Assembly: GCF_030144855.1 (NCBI RefSeq)
Contig: NC_082710.1
Span: 151,342,001-151,406,000, forward strand
Reading direction: 5' to 3'
Length of the DNA: 64,000 nt
Origin: Hypanus sabinus
Lineage: Eukaryota
Under the pieces are notes generated by a model. The model was not told the origin of the DNA. It searched no databases and worked only from the letters and a program-made list of their open reading frames with translations. The translations under genes were made by a program, and so were the position numbers. Shown in pieces: positions 39,520 through 52,600 of this stretch (positions within the stretch are counted from its first letter, which is position 1; the number at the start of each line of letters is the position of its first letter).

Positions 39520-41040
39520 TCTTTAACTTCCTGCACTAATCCATTGATATGGCAAAGTTATAGAGGAGGTCACCAATTCAGAGGGTTTGGGAGAGCAAGA
39601 GAAAGAGAAAGAGAGATAAAGGAACCAGAATTGTAAAGACAATAAGATATAGGAGCAGAGGTAGTTCATCCCCACTCCCCTGCATTCACCCCCATACCTT
39701 TTGATGCCCTGGCTAATCAAGAACGTATCTATCTCTGCCTTAAATAAACCCGATGACTTGACCTCCACAGCCGCTCACGGCAACAAATTCTACAGATTTA
39801 CCACCCTCTGACTAAAGTAATTTCTCTGCATCTCAGTTTTGAAAGGATGTCCTTCAATCCTGAAATCGTGCCCTCTTTTCCTAGAACCTCCTACCATGGG
39901 AAATAACTCTTCCATATCTAACCTGTTCAGGCCTTTTAATATTCAGAAAGTTTCTTTGATATCCCCCATAATTCTCCTAAACTCCAGGGAACACAGCCCA
40001 AGAGCTGTCAGAAGTTCATCATACAGTAACCCTTTCCCTCCTGGAATCATTCTTGTTAATCTTTTCTGAACCCTCTACAAAGTCAGTATATCCTCCAGGT
40101 ACTCAATAAACTCATCCCTAACAATCGATTAAAATGCTTCCCAACCACTGATATTAGGCTAACAGGTCTATTGTTTCTTTTCTGATACCATCCACCCGTC
40201 TTAAATAGCAGAGTAACATCTGCAAATTTCCAGTCTTGTACAGTGCCATAAACTATCATTTCCTGAAAGATCATTGTTAATGCTTCCACAATCTCCACAG
40301 CTACTTCAGAACGTGAGGGAGCATTCTATCATATCCAAGAGATTTATCCACCCTCCCATTAAGTTTCCTGAGCACCTTCTTAGTCATAATTTTCACTACA
40401 CAAACTTCACTTTCCGGACATTCTTGAATGTCTGGTATACTGCTGATGTCTTCCACTGTGAAGACTGATACAAAATACACATACATTTCCTCTTACATCT
40501 CTCATTGCAATAATTCCAGTGTCATTTTGTATTGGTCCTATAACTTCCCTCAACTCTCTTTTATCTTTTATACAGAAGACACAAAAAAGCTTTTAGTATG
40601 TTCTTCAACTATTAGTCATAGCTTTCTCTCATAATTCATCTTTTCCATCCAAATGTCCTTCTTAGTTTCCTTCTGCATTTTATTTTTAAAAAGCTCCACA
40701 ATCCTTTATCTTCCCACAAGCTCTGGCTTCCTCGTATGCCCTCTCTTTTACTTTTACTTCAGCTCTGACTTCACTTGTCAGCGAAGATATTGTCCATCCT
40801 CCCCTTTGAAAATTTCTTCTTATATTTGGAATATAAAAAATACATCTGTCTTGCACTCCCATCATTTTTCACAGAAGTTCCAGTCATTGCTACTCTGCTG
40901 TCTTTCCTGCAAATGTCCTTTTCCAGTCAACTTCGGCCAGTTCCCCTCCCATGCCATTGTAATTTCCTTTATTCCACTGCGATACTGACACATTGGATTT
41001 TATCTGTTCTCTCTCAAATTTCAATGTGAACTCAATCATA
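39520..41040 (-). mobile_element. CR1 LINE, degraded and internally deleted
   Basis: FVSVFTVED and DWKFADVTLLFK...PVSLISVVGK; CR1 3' UTR at 39520-39830. Confidence 0.78.
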
Positions 41041-41529
41041 TTGTGATCACTGTTCCCCAAGTGTTCCATGCTGCTCTATAGGACTTGAGCATTCAGTCAG
41101 GTACAGGTCAATAACTTTCAGTAGGAATGGCCAATTTGGATACAGGCAGAGAAAGTAAACTACCTTAAAATTGTGCATCCGATATAGAGTTTGGAAACTA
41201 CAACATGCAAAGAAGGAAAATGAGCAGCTGCTCGACAACCTTACATTGTCCTTGTGGTCCCAATGCAAGAGGTCATACAATGGACCATTGTAGGGTGGGG
41301 AATCTCAATGCAAATGCAAACCAGAAACAGAAAAGTAGCAATGACTCTAATAGGGGTAATCTATAGTTACCCCATAGAAATAAATCAGAATCAAGATTAA
41401 TATCATCAGCACATGTTGTGAAATTTTATAACTGTATGACAACAGTACCATGAAATATATGATAAATATAGAGAAAAATCTGAGACATTAATTACATACA
41501 GTGCCTATAAAAAGTATTCATACCCACAG

Positions 41530-44500
41530 AACCATAGAACATTACAGCATAGAAACAGGCCTTTTGGCCCTTCTTGGCTGGGCCGAACCATTATTTTGCC
41601 TAGTCCCACTGACCTGCACCTGGGCCATATCCCTCCAAACCCCTCTCATTCATATACATGTACAGGGTTTTCTTAAATGTCAAAAGTGAGCCCACATTCA
41701 CCACTTCATCTGTCAGCTTATTCCACACTCCCACTACTCTCTGCATGAAGAAGCCCCCCCAACCCAATATAACCATATAACAATTACAGTGCAGAAACAG
41801 GCCATCTCAGCCCTTCTAGTCCATGCCAATGCTTACTCTCACCTGGTCCCACTGGCCCGCACTCAGCCCATAACCCTCCATTCCTTTCCTGTCCATATAC
41901 CTCTCCAATTGTACTTTAAAGGACAATATCGAACCTGCCTCTACCATTTCTACTGGAAGCTCATTCCACACAGCTACCACTCTCTGAGTACAGAAATTTC
42001 CCATCATGTTACCCTTAAACATTTGCCCCCTAACCATCAAATCATGTTCTCTTGTTTGAATCTCCCCTACTCTCAATGGAAAAAGTCTATGTCAACTCGA
42101 TCTATCCCTCTCATTATTTTAAATACCTTTATCAAGTCCCCCCTCAACCTTCTACACTCCAAAGAATAAAGACCTAACTTGTTCAACTATTCTCTGTAAC
42201 TTAGGTGTTGAAACCCAGGTAACATTCTAGAAAATCTTCTCTGTACTCTCTCTATTTTGTGGATATGTTTCCTATAATTTGTTGACCAGAACTGTACAAA
42301 AAAATCCAAATTCAGCTTTACCAATGCCTTGTACAATTCTAGCATTACATTCCAAGTCCTACACTCAATGATCTGCTTTATAAAGACCAGCATACCAAAA
42401 GCTTTCTTACCACCATATTCACTTGAGATTCCACCTTCAGGGAACTATGCACCATTATTCCTAGATCACTCTGTTCTACTGCATTCTTCAATGCCCTCCA
42501 TTTACCATGTATGTCCCATTTGGATTATTCCTACCAAAATGTAGCACCTCACACTTATCAGCATTAATCTCCATCTGCCATTGTTCAGCCTACTCTCCTA
42601 ACTGGCCTAAATCTGCAAACTTCGAAAACCTATTTCATTACCCACAATGCCATCTATCTTAGTGTCATCTGCATACTTACTAATCCAATTTACCACCCCA
42701 TCATCCAGATCATTAATGTATATGACAAACAACATTGGACCCAATACAGATCCTTGAGGCACACCACTAGTCACTGGCCTCCAACCTGACCAACAGTTAT
42801 CCACCACTACTCTCTGGCATCTCCCATCTAGCCACTGTTGATTCCACTTTACTACTTCAATATTAATACCTGACAATTGAACCTTCCTAACTAACCATCC
42901 ATGCTGAACCTTGTCAAAGGCCTTACTGAAGTCCATATGGACAACATCTACTTCTTTACCCTCGTCAAATTTCCTCATAACCTCTTCACAAAATTCAATA
43001 AGGTTTGTCAAACATGACCTTCAACACACAAATCCCTGCTGACTATTCCTAATCAGACCCTGTCTATCCAGATAATTATATATATCATCTCTAAAAATAC
43101 TTTCCATTAATTTACCCACCACTGACATCAAACTGATCTGCCTATAATTGCTAGGTTTACTCTCACAACCCTTTATAAACAATGGAACCACATGAGCAAA
43201 TTTGTAAGGAGATAGATATTTGTAGTAAGCACAAGGTTGTGATTGTGGAAAATTTTAATTTTTCACACATAGACTGGGAAGCCAATTCTGTAAAATTTCT
43301 GGATGGTTTGGACTTTGTAAAATGTGTGCAGGATCATTTTTGCAGCAAATCATAGAGATACCAAATAGAGAATGGGCAGTAGTGGATCTCCTGTTAGGAA
43401 CTGAGATAGGTCAGGTGATGGACGTATGCTATTTCTATTTCTATGCTATTGCTATTTCTATACCAACTTCCCTCAATGTCCTAGGGAATATCCTGTCAGG
43501 ACCAGGAGATTTATCCATTTTTATATTCCTTAAAAGTGCCAGGACTTCCTCCTCTTTAACTGTCATAGATTCCATAACTTCACTACTTGTTTCCCTTACC
43601 TTACACAATTCAATATCATTTATCTTTATCCCTTTATAACTTTATCCCTCACTATCTGTTTGCTATTAATATAACTGCAGAAACCCTTCAGATTTATTTT
43701 CACCTTACTTGCCAAAGCAACCTCATATCTTCTTTTAGCTTTTCTAATTTCCTTCTTAAGATTCTTTTTATATTCTTTATATTGCTCGAGCACCTCATTT
43801 ACTCCATACTGCCTATATTTATTGTAGATCTCTCTCTTTCTCTGAACCAAGTTTCCAATATCCCTTGAAAACCATGGCACTCTCAAACTTTTAACCTTTC
43901 CTTTCAACCTAACAGGAATTTAAAGATTCTGTACCCTGAAAATTTCACCTTTAAATTACCTCAATTTCTCTATTACATCCTTCCCTTAAAACAATTTATC
44001 CCAATCCACTCCTTCTAAATCCTTTCACATCTCCTCAAAGTTAGCTATTCTCCAATCAAAAATCTCAACCCTGGGTCCAGTCCTATCCTTCCCCATAATT
44101 GTATTGAAACTAATGATATTGTGATCACTGGACCCAAAGTGCTCCCCAACACATACTTCTGTCACCAGACCTATCTCATTCCCTAACAGGAGATCCAACA
44201 CTGCCCCTTCTCTAAGTCAGTTCCTCTATGTATTGCTGCAAAAAAACTATCCTGCACACATTTTACAAACTCCAAACCATCCAGCCCTTTTACAGAATTG
44301 GCTTCCCAGTCTATGTGTGGAAAAGTAAAATCTTCCACAATCACAACCTTGTGCTTACTACAATTATCTGCTATCTCCTTACAAATTTTCTCCTCCAATT
44401 CTCGCTCCCCATTAGGTGGTCGATAATAAGTGTTACTACACCTTTCCCTTTCCTCAATTCCACCCACCTAGATGAGCCCTCTAACCTATCCTGCCAAAGT

Positions 44501-45340
44501 ACCATTGTAATATTTTCTCAGACAAGCAATGCAACACTTCCTCCTCTTGCCCCTCCAGTTCCATCATACCTGAAGCAACAAAATCCAGGAATATTTAGTT
44601 GCCAATCATACCCCTCTTGCAACCATGTTTCACTAATAGCTACAACATCATATTTCCAGGTATCAATCCATGCTCTTAGCTCATCCACCATTCTAACAAT
44701 GCTCCTAGCATTAAAATAGATGCATTTAAGAAACTCTCCAACTCTTCATCTCTTTTTATCCCTAACGATGCGATCAACTTTATTATCTTTTCCTTCCTTC
44801 TGCCCTACATCTTCGGTCTGAGCGCTCCCCTTCTCTATCACCTGTCTATCCTCCCTCACACACTGTCTACTAGCTTTCTCTATTTGTGAACTAACCTCCT
44901 CTCCCCTAGTCTCATCAAACTGATTCCCACACACCCAACCATTCTAGTTTAAAGTCTCCCCAGTAGCCTTAGGATATTTCCCCGCCAGGATATTGGTCAC
45001 TCTAAGATTCTTTTTGTACAGGTCACTCCTGCCCCAAAAGAGGTGCCAATGATCCAAAAACTTGAATCCCTGCACCAGCTCCAATCCCTCAGCCACGCAT
45101 TTATCCTTCACCTAATTCCATTCCTGCTCTCACTGTCGTGTGGCACAGGCAGTGATCCCGAGATTACTACCTTTGTGGTCCTTCTTCTCAACTGCATTCC
45201 TAACTGCTTATATTCTCCTTTCAGGACCTCTTCCCTTTTCCTACCTATGTCATTGATACCTATATGTACAATGACCTCTAGTTCCTCACCCTCCCACTTC
45301 AGGATACCTTGGTCACGATCAGAAACATCCTGAACCCTGG
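41530..45340 (-). mobile_element. CR1 LINE(s), long degraded copy with a duplicated 3' end and a short inverted patch
   Basis: MDFSKAFDKVQH, QGSVLGPMLF, SKYADDTK and endonuclease YYRPPN...FPHIDWE. Segment 43200-43420 is in the opposite orientation. Confidence 0.85.
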
Positions 45341-45499
45341 AAACTGATCACTAGGATAAGTGCCAGGAGGGAGATCAGTGGGGAGGGATAAATGTTCATT
45401 GCCCCCATAATCTCAATTTACTGTGGATATCCAGTCTAAATACACCTCCAAACTGCACCAGAAATGCCTCAAAGCTCTGTTTCTTTCTGGACATCAGAC

Positions 45500-46270
45500 T
45501 CAACCGATTCCCCTCCACTATCAATCTCCTCCATCTAGTGTTCCTCCTAGTACTTATCCTTGTAAGCAGAACAAGTGCTACACCTGCCTCAACAAGTCCT
45601 CCCTCACTGCCATTCAGAGCCCCAAACAGTTCTTCCAGGTATGTCAACTCTTCACCTGTGAGCCTGTTGAGGTCATATAGTTTGTTCAGTGTTCCTGGGT
45701 GGCCTTCTCTATATCAACAAAGATTGAGAACACCGTTACTCCATCCACCAGAAGAAGCAGGACTTCTCAGTGAAGATCCATTTTCATTTCAGTTCCCATT
45801 CCAATATGTCAATCCATCACTTCCTGTACTGTCATGATGAGCACACACTCAGGCTGGAGGAACAACACGTTATACGCCATTTGGGTAGCCTCCAACCTGA
45901 TGGCGTGAACGTCTATTTTTTTGAACTTCTTGTGATGTTCACAAGAACTGCCTCTCCTTAATGATTCCCCATCCCCATTTCCCTCTTACCTTATCTCCGT
46001 ACTTGCCCATCAACTCCCTCTGGTGTTCCTCCTCTTTTCTTTCTCTCCTATCAGACTCCTTCTCCAGACTTGCTTCTCTTTCACCAATCAACTTCCCAGC
46101 TCTTAACTTCATCACTTCCCCTCCAAGTTTCACCAATCACCTTGTATTTATCCCTCCCCCTTCTCCACCTTCTACTCCTCATGTATTTTTCTCCAGTACT
46201 GCTGAAGGGTCTTGGTACAAAATGTTGACTGCACTTTTTTTTTTAATATATTCCATAGACACTGACTGCC
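45500..46270 (+). mobile_element. Penelope-like element 3' fragment (GIY-YIG region)
   Basis: KCYTC...FQV...FTCE and LRLEEQHVIRHLGSLQPDG, homologous to 52490-52886. Confidence 0.75.
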
Positions 46271-49200
46271 TGACTGCTGTCTTCAATGTGGAAGACACTA
46301 GCGGTATGCTGATGGTCCAGGGTGCAGAAGTGAGTGCCATTGCTGTTACAAAGGAAAAAAGTGCCAGGTAAACTCCGAAGGCTTCAGGTGGATAAGTAAC
46401 CCGGACCAGATGGACTACATACCAGAGATGTGCAAGAGTTTGATGAAGAGATAACAGATGCATTGGTCATGATCTTACAAGAATCACTTGATTTTGGTTT
46501 GGCCCAAAAAGGCAGGAAGATTGTGAATGTCATTTCACTCTTTAAGAACATGGGAAGGCAAAAGAAAGATAACTATAGGCCAGTTAGTCTAACCTCAGGG
46601 GTTGGGAAAGTGTTGGACGTTTCAGGGAACTTGCAGAGTGATGATAAAATAAGTCAAAGTCAGCATCCGTTCTGTGAAAGGAATCCTTGGCTGACAAATC
46701 TGTTAGACTCTTTGAGCAGGTAACAAGGAGGTTGGTCAAAAAAGTGGCAGTGGATGTCACTTGAATACGTACATGATGCTGGAAGAACTCAGCAGGTCAG
46801 GCAGTATCCGTGAGAAAAGAGTAGCCAACGTTTCGGGCTGAGACTCTTCATCAAGAATGGTGGGGGGGGGGGGAAGAGAGGGCTGAAGCCCAGTAATAGA
46901 GATAGGGGAGGGGGAAGGGCTAGAGGTGCCAGGTGGAGAACCAATCAGAGGAATGATAAAGGGGGGAGGGGATAAGCATGAAAGAACTGCAGAGATAAAG
47001 GAGCAGAAAGTTGAAAGGGGAGTGAGGCAGAGAGGGACCTAGGATAGGGGGAGGGAATTCCCGGAAATTGGAGAATTCAATGTTCATACCACCAGGCTGG
47101 AGGCTATCCAGACGGTATATGAGGTGTTGCTCCTCCAACCTGAGTTTGGCCTCATCATGGCAGTAGAGGAGGCCATGTATGGACATATCTAGATGGGAAT
47201 GAGAGGCAGAGTTGAAGTGGGTGGCAACCGGAAAGTCCTGTCTATTGTGACGGATGGAGCTGAGGTGCTCGATAAAGCGGTCCCCCAATCTGCGTTGGGT
47301 CTCGCTGATGTAGAGAAGGCTGCACCAGGAGCATCGGATGCAATAGACTCACAGGTGAAGTGTTGCCTCACCTAGAAGGACTATCTGGGGCCCAGAATGG
47401 TGGTAAGGGTGGAGCTGTGGAAACAGGTGTAGCATTTGTGCTTACAGGGATAAGTGCCAGGTGGGAGTTCTGTGGACGTGTGGACCAGGTAGTCACGGAG
47501 GGAATGATCCCTGCGAAAAGCTGAGAAGGGTAAGGAGGGAATGATGTGCTGGGTGGTGGGGTCCTGTTGAAGGTGGCAGAAGTTGGGGTGGTAGGTGAGG
47601 ACAAGGGGAACCCTGTCCCTCTTGTGGTGATGGGAGGATTGGTTAATGGCTGAAGTGCGGGAAGTGGAGGAGCTGCGGGTGAGGGCATCTTTGATGACTC
47701 CAGAAGGGAAACCATGACCCTGAAAGGAAGAGGACTTTTGAGAAGTCCTGGAATGGAAAGCCTCATCCTGGGAATAGATGCAGCCAAAACGGTGGAACTG
47801 GGAATAGGGAATGGCATTTTTGCATTGGGCAGGGTGGGATGAGGTATAGTCAAGACAGTTATGGGAGTCAGTGGGTTTGTAGAAGATGTCAGTGGATAGT
47901 CTGTCTTCGGAGATGGAGACCGAGAGATCAAGAAAGGGGAGAGAAGTGTCTGAGATGGACCAAGTGAATTAAGAGCTGAGTGAAAGTTAGAAGCAAAGTT
48001 GATGAAACTGACGAGCTCAGCATGGGTGCAGGAACCTTCAGCAATGTAGTCATCAATGCAGCGGAGGAAAAGTTGGGGAATGGTGCCAGTATAGATTTGG
48101 AGCATAGACTGTTCCACATAACCCACAAAGAGGCAGGCATAGCAGGGGCCCATGCGAGTGCCCATGGCTATACCCTTGATCTGGAGAAAGTGGGAAAAAC
48201 CAAAGGAGAAGTTATTAAGAGTTAGAACAAGCTCCGCCAACCGGAGCTCCTGGTGCGGTTCCCGTTGGAGACCCGACACAGATTGGGGGACCGCTTCGTC
48301 GAGCACCTCCAGCCTGGTGGTATGAACGTTGAATTCTCCAATTTCTGGTAATTCCCTCCCCCTATCCTAGGTCTCTCTCTGCCTCTCTCCCCTTTCAACT
48401 TTCTGCTCCTTTATCTCTACAGTTCTTTCCTGCTTATCCCCTTCCCCCTTTATCTTTCCTCTGATTGGTTCTCCACCTAGTGCCTCTAGCCCTTCCCCCT
48501 CCCCTATCTCTATTACTGGGCTTTGGCCCTCTCTTCCCCCCATTCCTGATGAAGGGACTCGGCCCAAAATGTTGGCTACTCTTTTCTCACAGATGCTGCC
48601 TGACCTGCTGTGTCCTTCCAGGGTTGTGTACGTATACTTTGATCCACAACATCTGCAGTTGTATTTTGTATTTTAGTGGATGTCACTTACTTAGATCTGC
48701 AGTAGGCACTTTATAAGATGCCACACGTGAGGCTGCTTAAGAAGACAAAATCCTTTGGCATTACCAGAAAGTTACTGGCATGGATACATGAATGTCTGAC
48801 AGACAGGAGGCCGTGAATGGAAATAACGGGGAGTTCTCTGGTTGGCTGCTAGTGTTAGTAGAGTTTCTCAAAGACCCATATCAGGACCATTACTTTTCAC
48901 ATTGTTTGTCATTGATTTAGATAATGGAATTGACGCCTTTTGGCAAAGTTTGCAACTGATACAAAGATAGGTGGAGGGTTAGGTAGTGCTGATGAAGCAA
49001 TGCGACTGCAACAGGACTTAGACAAATTGGAAGAATGGGTAAAACAGTTGCAGATGGAATACAGTGTTGGGAGATGTGTGTCTATACTCACTGGTATTTT
49101 GAAGAATGCATGGGGATCTTATTGAAACCCATGTCATGTTGAAAGGATTAGATAGGATGGATATAGAGAAGATATTTCCAATGGTGGGGGCATTAGTTCA
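46270..49200 (+). mobile_element. CR1 LINE RT fragment interrupted by a Penelope insertion
   Basis: DNYRPVSLTSGVGKVL before the insertion; AVDVTYLD resumes after the 14-bp TSD; AKFATDTKIGG at 48940. Confidence 0.8.
46763..48674 (-). mobile_element. Penelope-like element with inverted terminal arms
   Basis: TSD AGTGGATGTCACTT (46749-46762 and 48675-48688). Minus-strand RT (GIAMGTRMGPCYACLFVG, CIDD) and GIY-YIG remnants. About 340-bp inverted repeats at about 46765-47103 and 48307-48637. Confidence 0.88.
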
Positions 49201-49699
49201 TGAGCCAGGACACCAAATTTGGGCCACTGGTACTATCTGGGGAGAACAGTTCTTATAGTGTTTTTTGGCAATGTATACACCCCTAGTGCTAGAAAATATG
49301 TGAAAGCGTTGCAACCGTGGTAGTTTTCTGAGTGTTATCACTCGATAACCCCATGTCAAAACACACTTTTCAAGACTATACATAGCACAGAATAAAACTT
49401 TCTACTTCAAACTGATGGTTCTCTGTTATTATTGACACTTCATCTTTGAAAATTGGTGCAAATATAGCTCAGACAATAAGTTTTTCAGAAAAATTATTAA
49501 AATTAGCATCTGTACGAATGTTATCTATTACTGGCAGTGACAATGCAGTAACTATACTTTACATAAGATATACTTGTTTTCATGTGCTGTTTCACATTTA
49601 TATCTTGTATTTCATCATTTACGCATACATTTATATGAACTTTGCAGCAGGTGCTTTTTTCACCAGCAATGTTAATGTGATTTTCTTTTCTGTTTCAGC

Positions 49700-52600
49700 T
49701 ACTGTGGTGGTGGGATTGTCCTGCACAATAGAGTAGAGTTTATTTAGATCTGGAGTAGCTGAATTACTTTGCTTCAGAATGAGAGCCATAAGCACAAAGA
49801 ATCTATTAAGAAGCAGTGTATCATACACCTGAAAATATCAAAAGAAGATGATGTTGTTGTCGTTTGAATTTCCAGCATCTGCAGATATCCTCGTGTTTGC
49901 TCTTTAAATTCACTACTGCGAAGCTTCTGCCAGTGATGCCTACACTGAAGAAGTTTAAATCTTCTCTTCGACGGGAGTTCAGTGAAACCCTCTCTCACTG
50001 CTCCCCATCTATAACTCTTTCAGCCCTTCAACTTTTCGATCATATTTTGACCCAGACCCGCTATTACAGCCATATACCCTTCCTTGGAATGTGTCTCCGC
50101 TGCCAACTGACTCCAATTGGCTTCAGGATCCGTTTTCGAGCTTCTCAATTTGGACTTTCTGAGGATCCCAGATACTCACATTTAATTGATTCTGCCTCCA
50201 TTTGTTTCTCCCGTCGAGCTCTGAGGGCGACACTCTCCACAATGAGAAGGTACCTGGCATCCCTTTCATAATCACTTCCACCCCTCCGGGACACCTTTTT
50301 CTCCGTTTGCAATGGACCTGTCCATTATTTCATCCTCCGTCGGATCCATGCGTGCAATCACCAGTTCTTTGACTTTAACATGTCCTGCAAGGATCGCAAG
50401 ATCTTCCCTCTGCAGACCCCAGAGCATGGTCTTCGTATCGCATCCCCAGCCTCGGCAGTCAATCTTAGCTGCCCCAGCGACCCAGGGTATATTGAAAACC
50501 CGGACTCCAGCACCATCGACACGGGTTCCTATGGCCATGGACAGCTTCAAAGTGATTGCGTAATCACCGATTGCGACTCCAGCCTTGAGCTCCAGGCCGG
50601 GTCTTCATATGCTGCGATTGTGACTCCCGTCTCCCCTTCCCCCACCACCACTATGCAATCCCCTCTCCCTCAGATCCCATTGTCAGCTCTTGGGCCCTTA
50701 GAGGATCCATCTTCCTCCCAGCCCAACCCCTCCCTCTCCACTGACACTACCAGCCTCCCTCCCCCCTCTGATCCCATCTCTCATCCATGCTGGGTCTTTA
50801 CCATTCCCTCCAACCTTCAACTCTCTAAGGCAGAGCGCTCTGTCCTCAGTAAGGGCCTCTACTTTGTCCCCCTTCACCCACACTTCAGTGGGTTCTGCGT
50901 ACGCCATGACTCTGAACTCTTCTTCCGCCAACTCCGTCTCCGAGCTTACTTCTTTGACAAGGACTCTCCTACACCCACCGATGACCCTTCTCCCGTCTTC
51001 AACCCTACTCCTCTTCATGGACACCCCGCTCTGGTCTTCTACCTGCTCTGGATCTCTTTATTGCTGATTGCCGATGGGACATCAATCGTCTTGACTTCAC
51101 CACACACTGTTCCAATTCCAAACTCACTCCTTTCAAACGCTCTGCTCTCCACTCCCTCCGCACCAATCCCAACCTCACTATAAAACCTGCGGATAAGGGG
51201 GGAGCTGTTGTGGTCTGGCATACTGACCTCTACCTGGCCGAAGCACAGCGACAACTCTCTGATACCTCCTCTTATTTACCCCTTAATCATAATCCCACTA
51301 AGGAGCACCAGGCCATTGTCTTCTATACCAACCTTATTAGTTCTGGGGATCTCCCATCCACTGCCACAAACCTCATAGTTCCCACACCCCACACTTCCCG
51401 TTTCTACCTCCTACCCAAGATCCACAAACCTGCCTGTCCAGGTGGACCTATTGTCTCAGCTTGCTCCTGCCCCACTGAACACATTTCTGCATAACTTGAC
51501 ACTCTTATCCCCCCTTGTTCAATCTCTTCCCACCTATGTTCATGATACTTCTCATGCTTTGAATTTTTTCAATGATTTTAATTTCCCTGGCCCCCTCTGT
51601 CTTATTTCCACCATGGACGTCCAGCCCCTATATACCTCCATGCCCCACCGAGATTGTCTCGAAGCTTGTCGGTTTTTTTTTTGGATTCCAGACCTAACCA
51701 AATCCCCTCTACCACCACTCTCCTCCGTCTAGCGGAATTAGTTCTTACTCTCAATAATTTCTCATTTGGCTCCTCCCACTTCCTCCTAACCAATGGTGTA
51801 GCCATGGGCATCCGTATGGGTCCCAGTTATGCCTGCCTTTTTGTTGGCTTTGTGGAACAGTCCATGTTCTAAGGCTATACTGGTATCCATCCCCCTCTTT
51901 TCCTTTGTTACATTGACGACTGCATTGGCGCTGCCTCTTGCACGCGTGCTGAGCTCGTCAACTTCATTAACTTTGCCTCCAACTTTCACCCTGCGCTCAA
52001 ATTTACCTGGTCCATTTCCGACACCTCCCTCCCCTTTCTTGATCTTTCTGTCTCCATCTCTGGAGACGGCCTATCTACTGATATCTACTATAATCCAACA
52101 GACTCTCACAGCTACCTGGACTATTCCACTTCCCACCCTGTCTCTTGGAAAAAGGCTATCCCCTTCTCACAATTCCTCCGTCTCTGCCGCATCTGCTCTC
52201 AGACGCATCTCTCCCATTTCCCGCACATCTGCCCTCACCCCATCCACCCACCACCCCACTCGGGATAGGGTTCCCCTTGTCCTTACCTACCACCCCACCA
52301 GCCTCCAGGTCCAACATATAATTCTCCGTAACTTCCGCCACCTCCAACGGGATCCCACTACCAAACACATTTTTCCCTCCCCCCTCTTTCTGCTTTTCGC
52401 AGTGATCACTCCTTACTCGACTCCCTTGTCCACTCCTCCCCCCCATCCCTTCCCACCGATCTCCCTCCTGGCAATTTTCCTTGTAAACAGAAAAAGTGCT
52501 ACACCTGCCCTTACACTTCCTCCCTCACCACCATTCAGGACCCAAGACAGCCCTTCCAGGTGAGGCGACACTTCACCTGTGAGTCAGCTGGTGTGGTATA

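Noticed and set aside
41497-41520. TA plus CAGTGCCTATAAAAAGTATTCA, like a Tc1/mariner terminal repeat
   Set aside because: Only one short end is visible, with no matching TIR or transposase.
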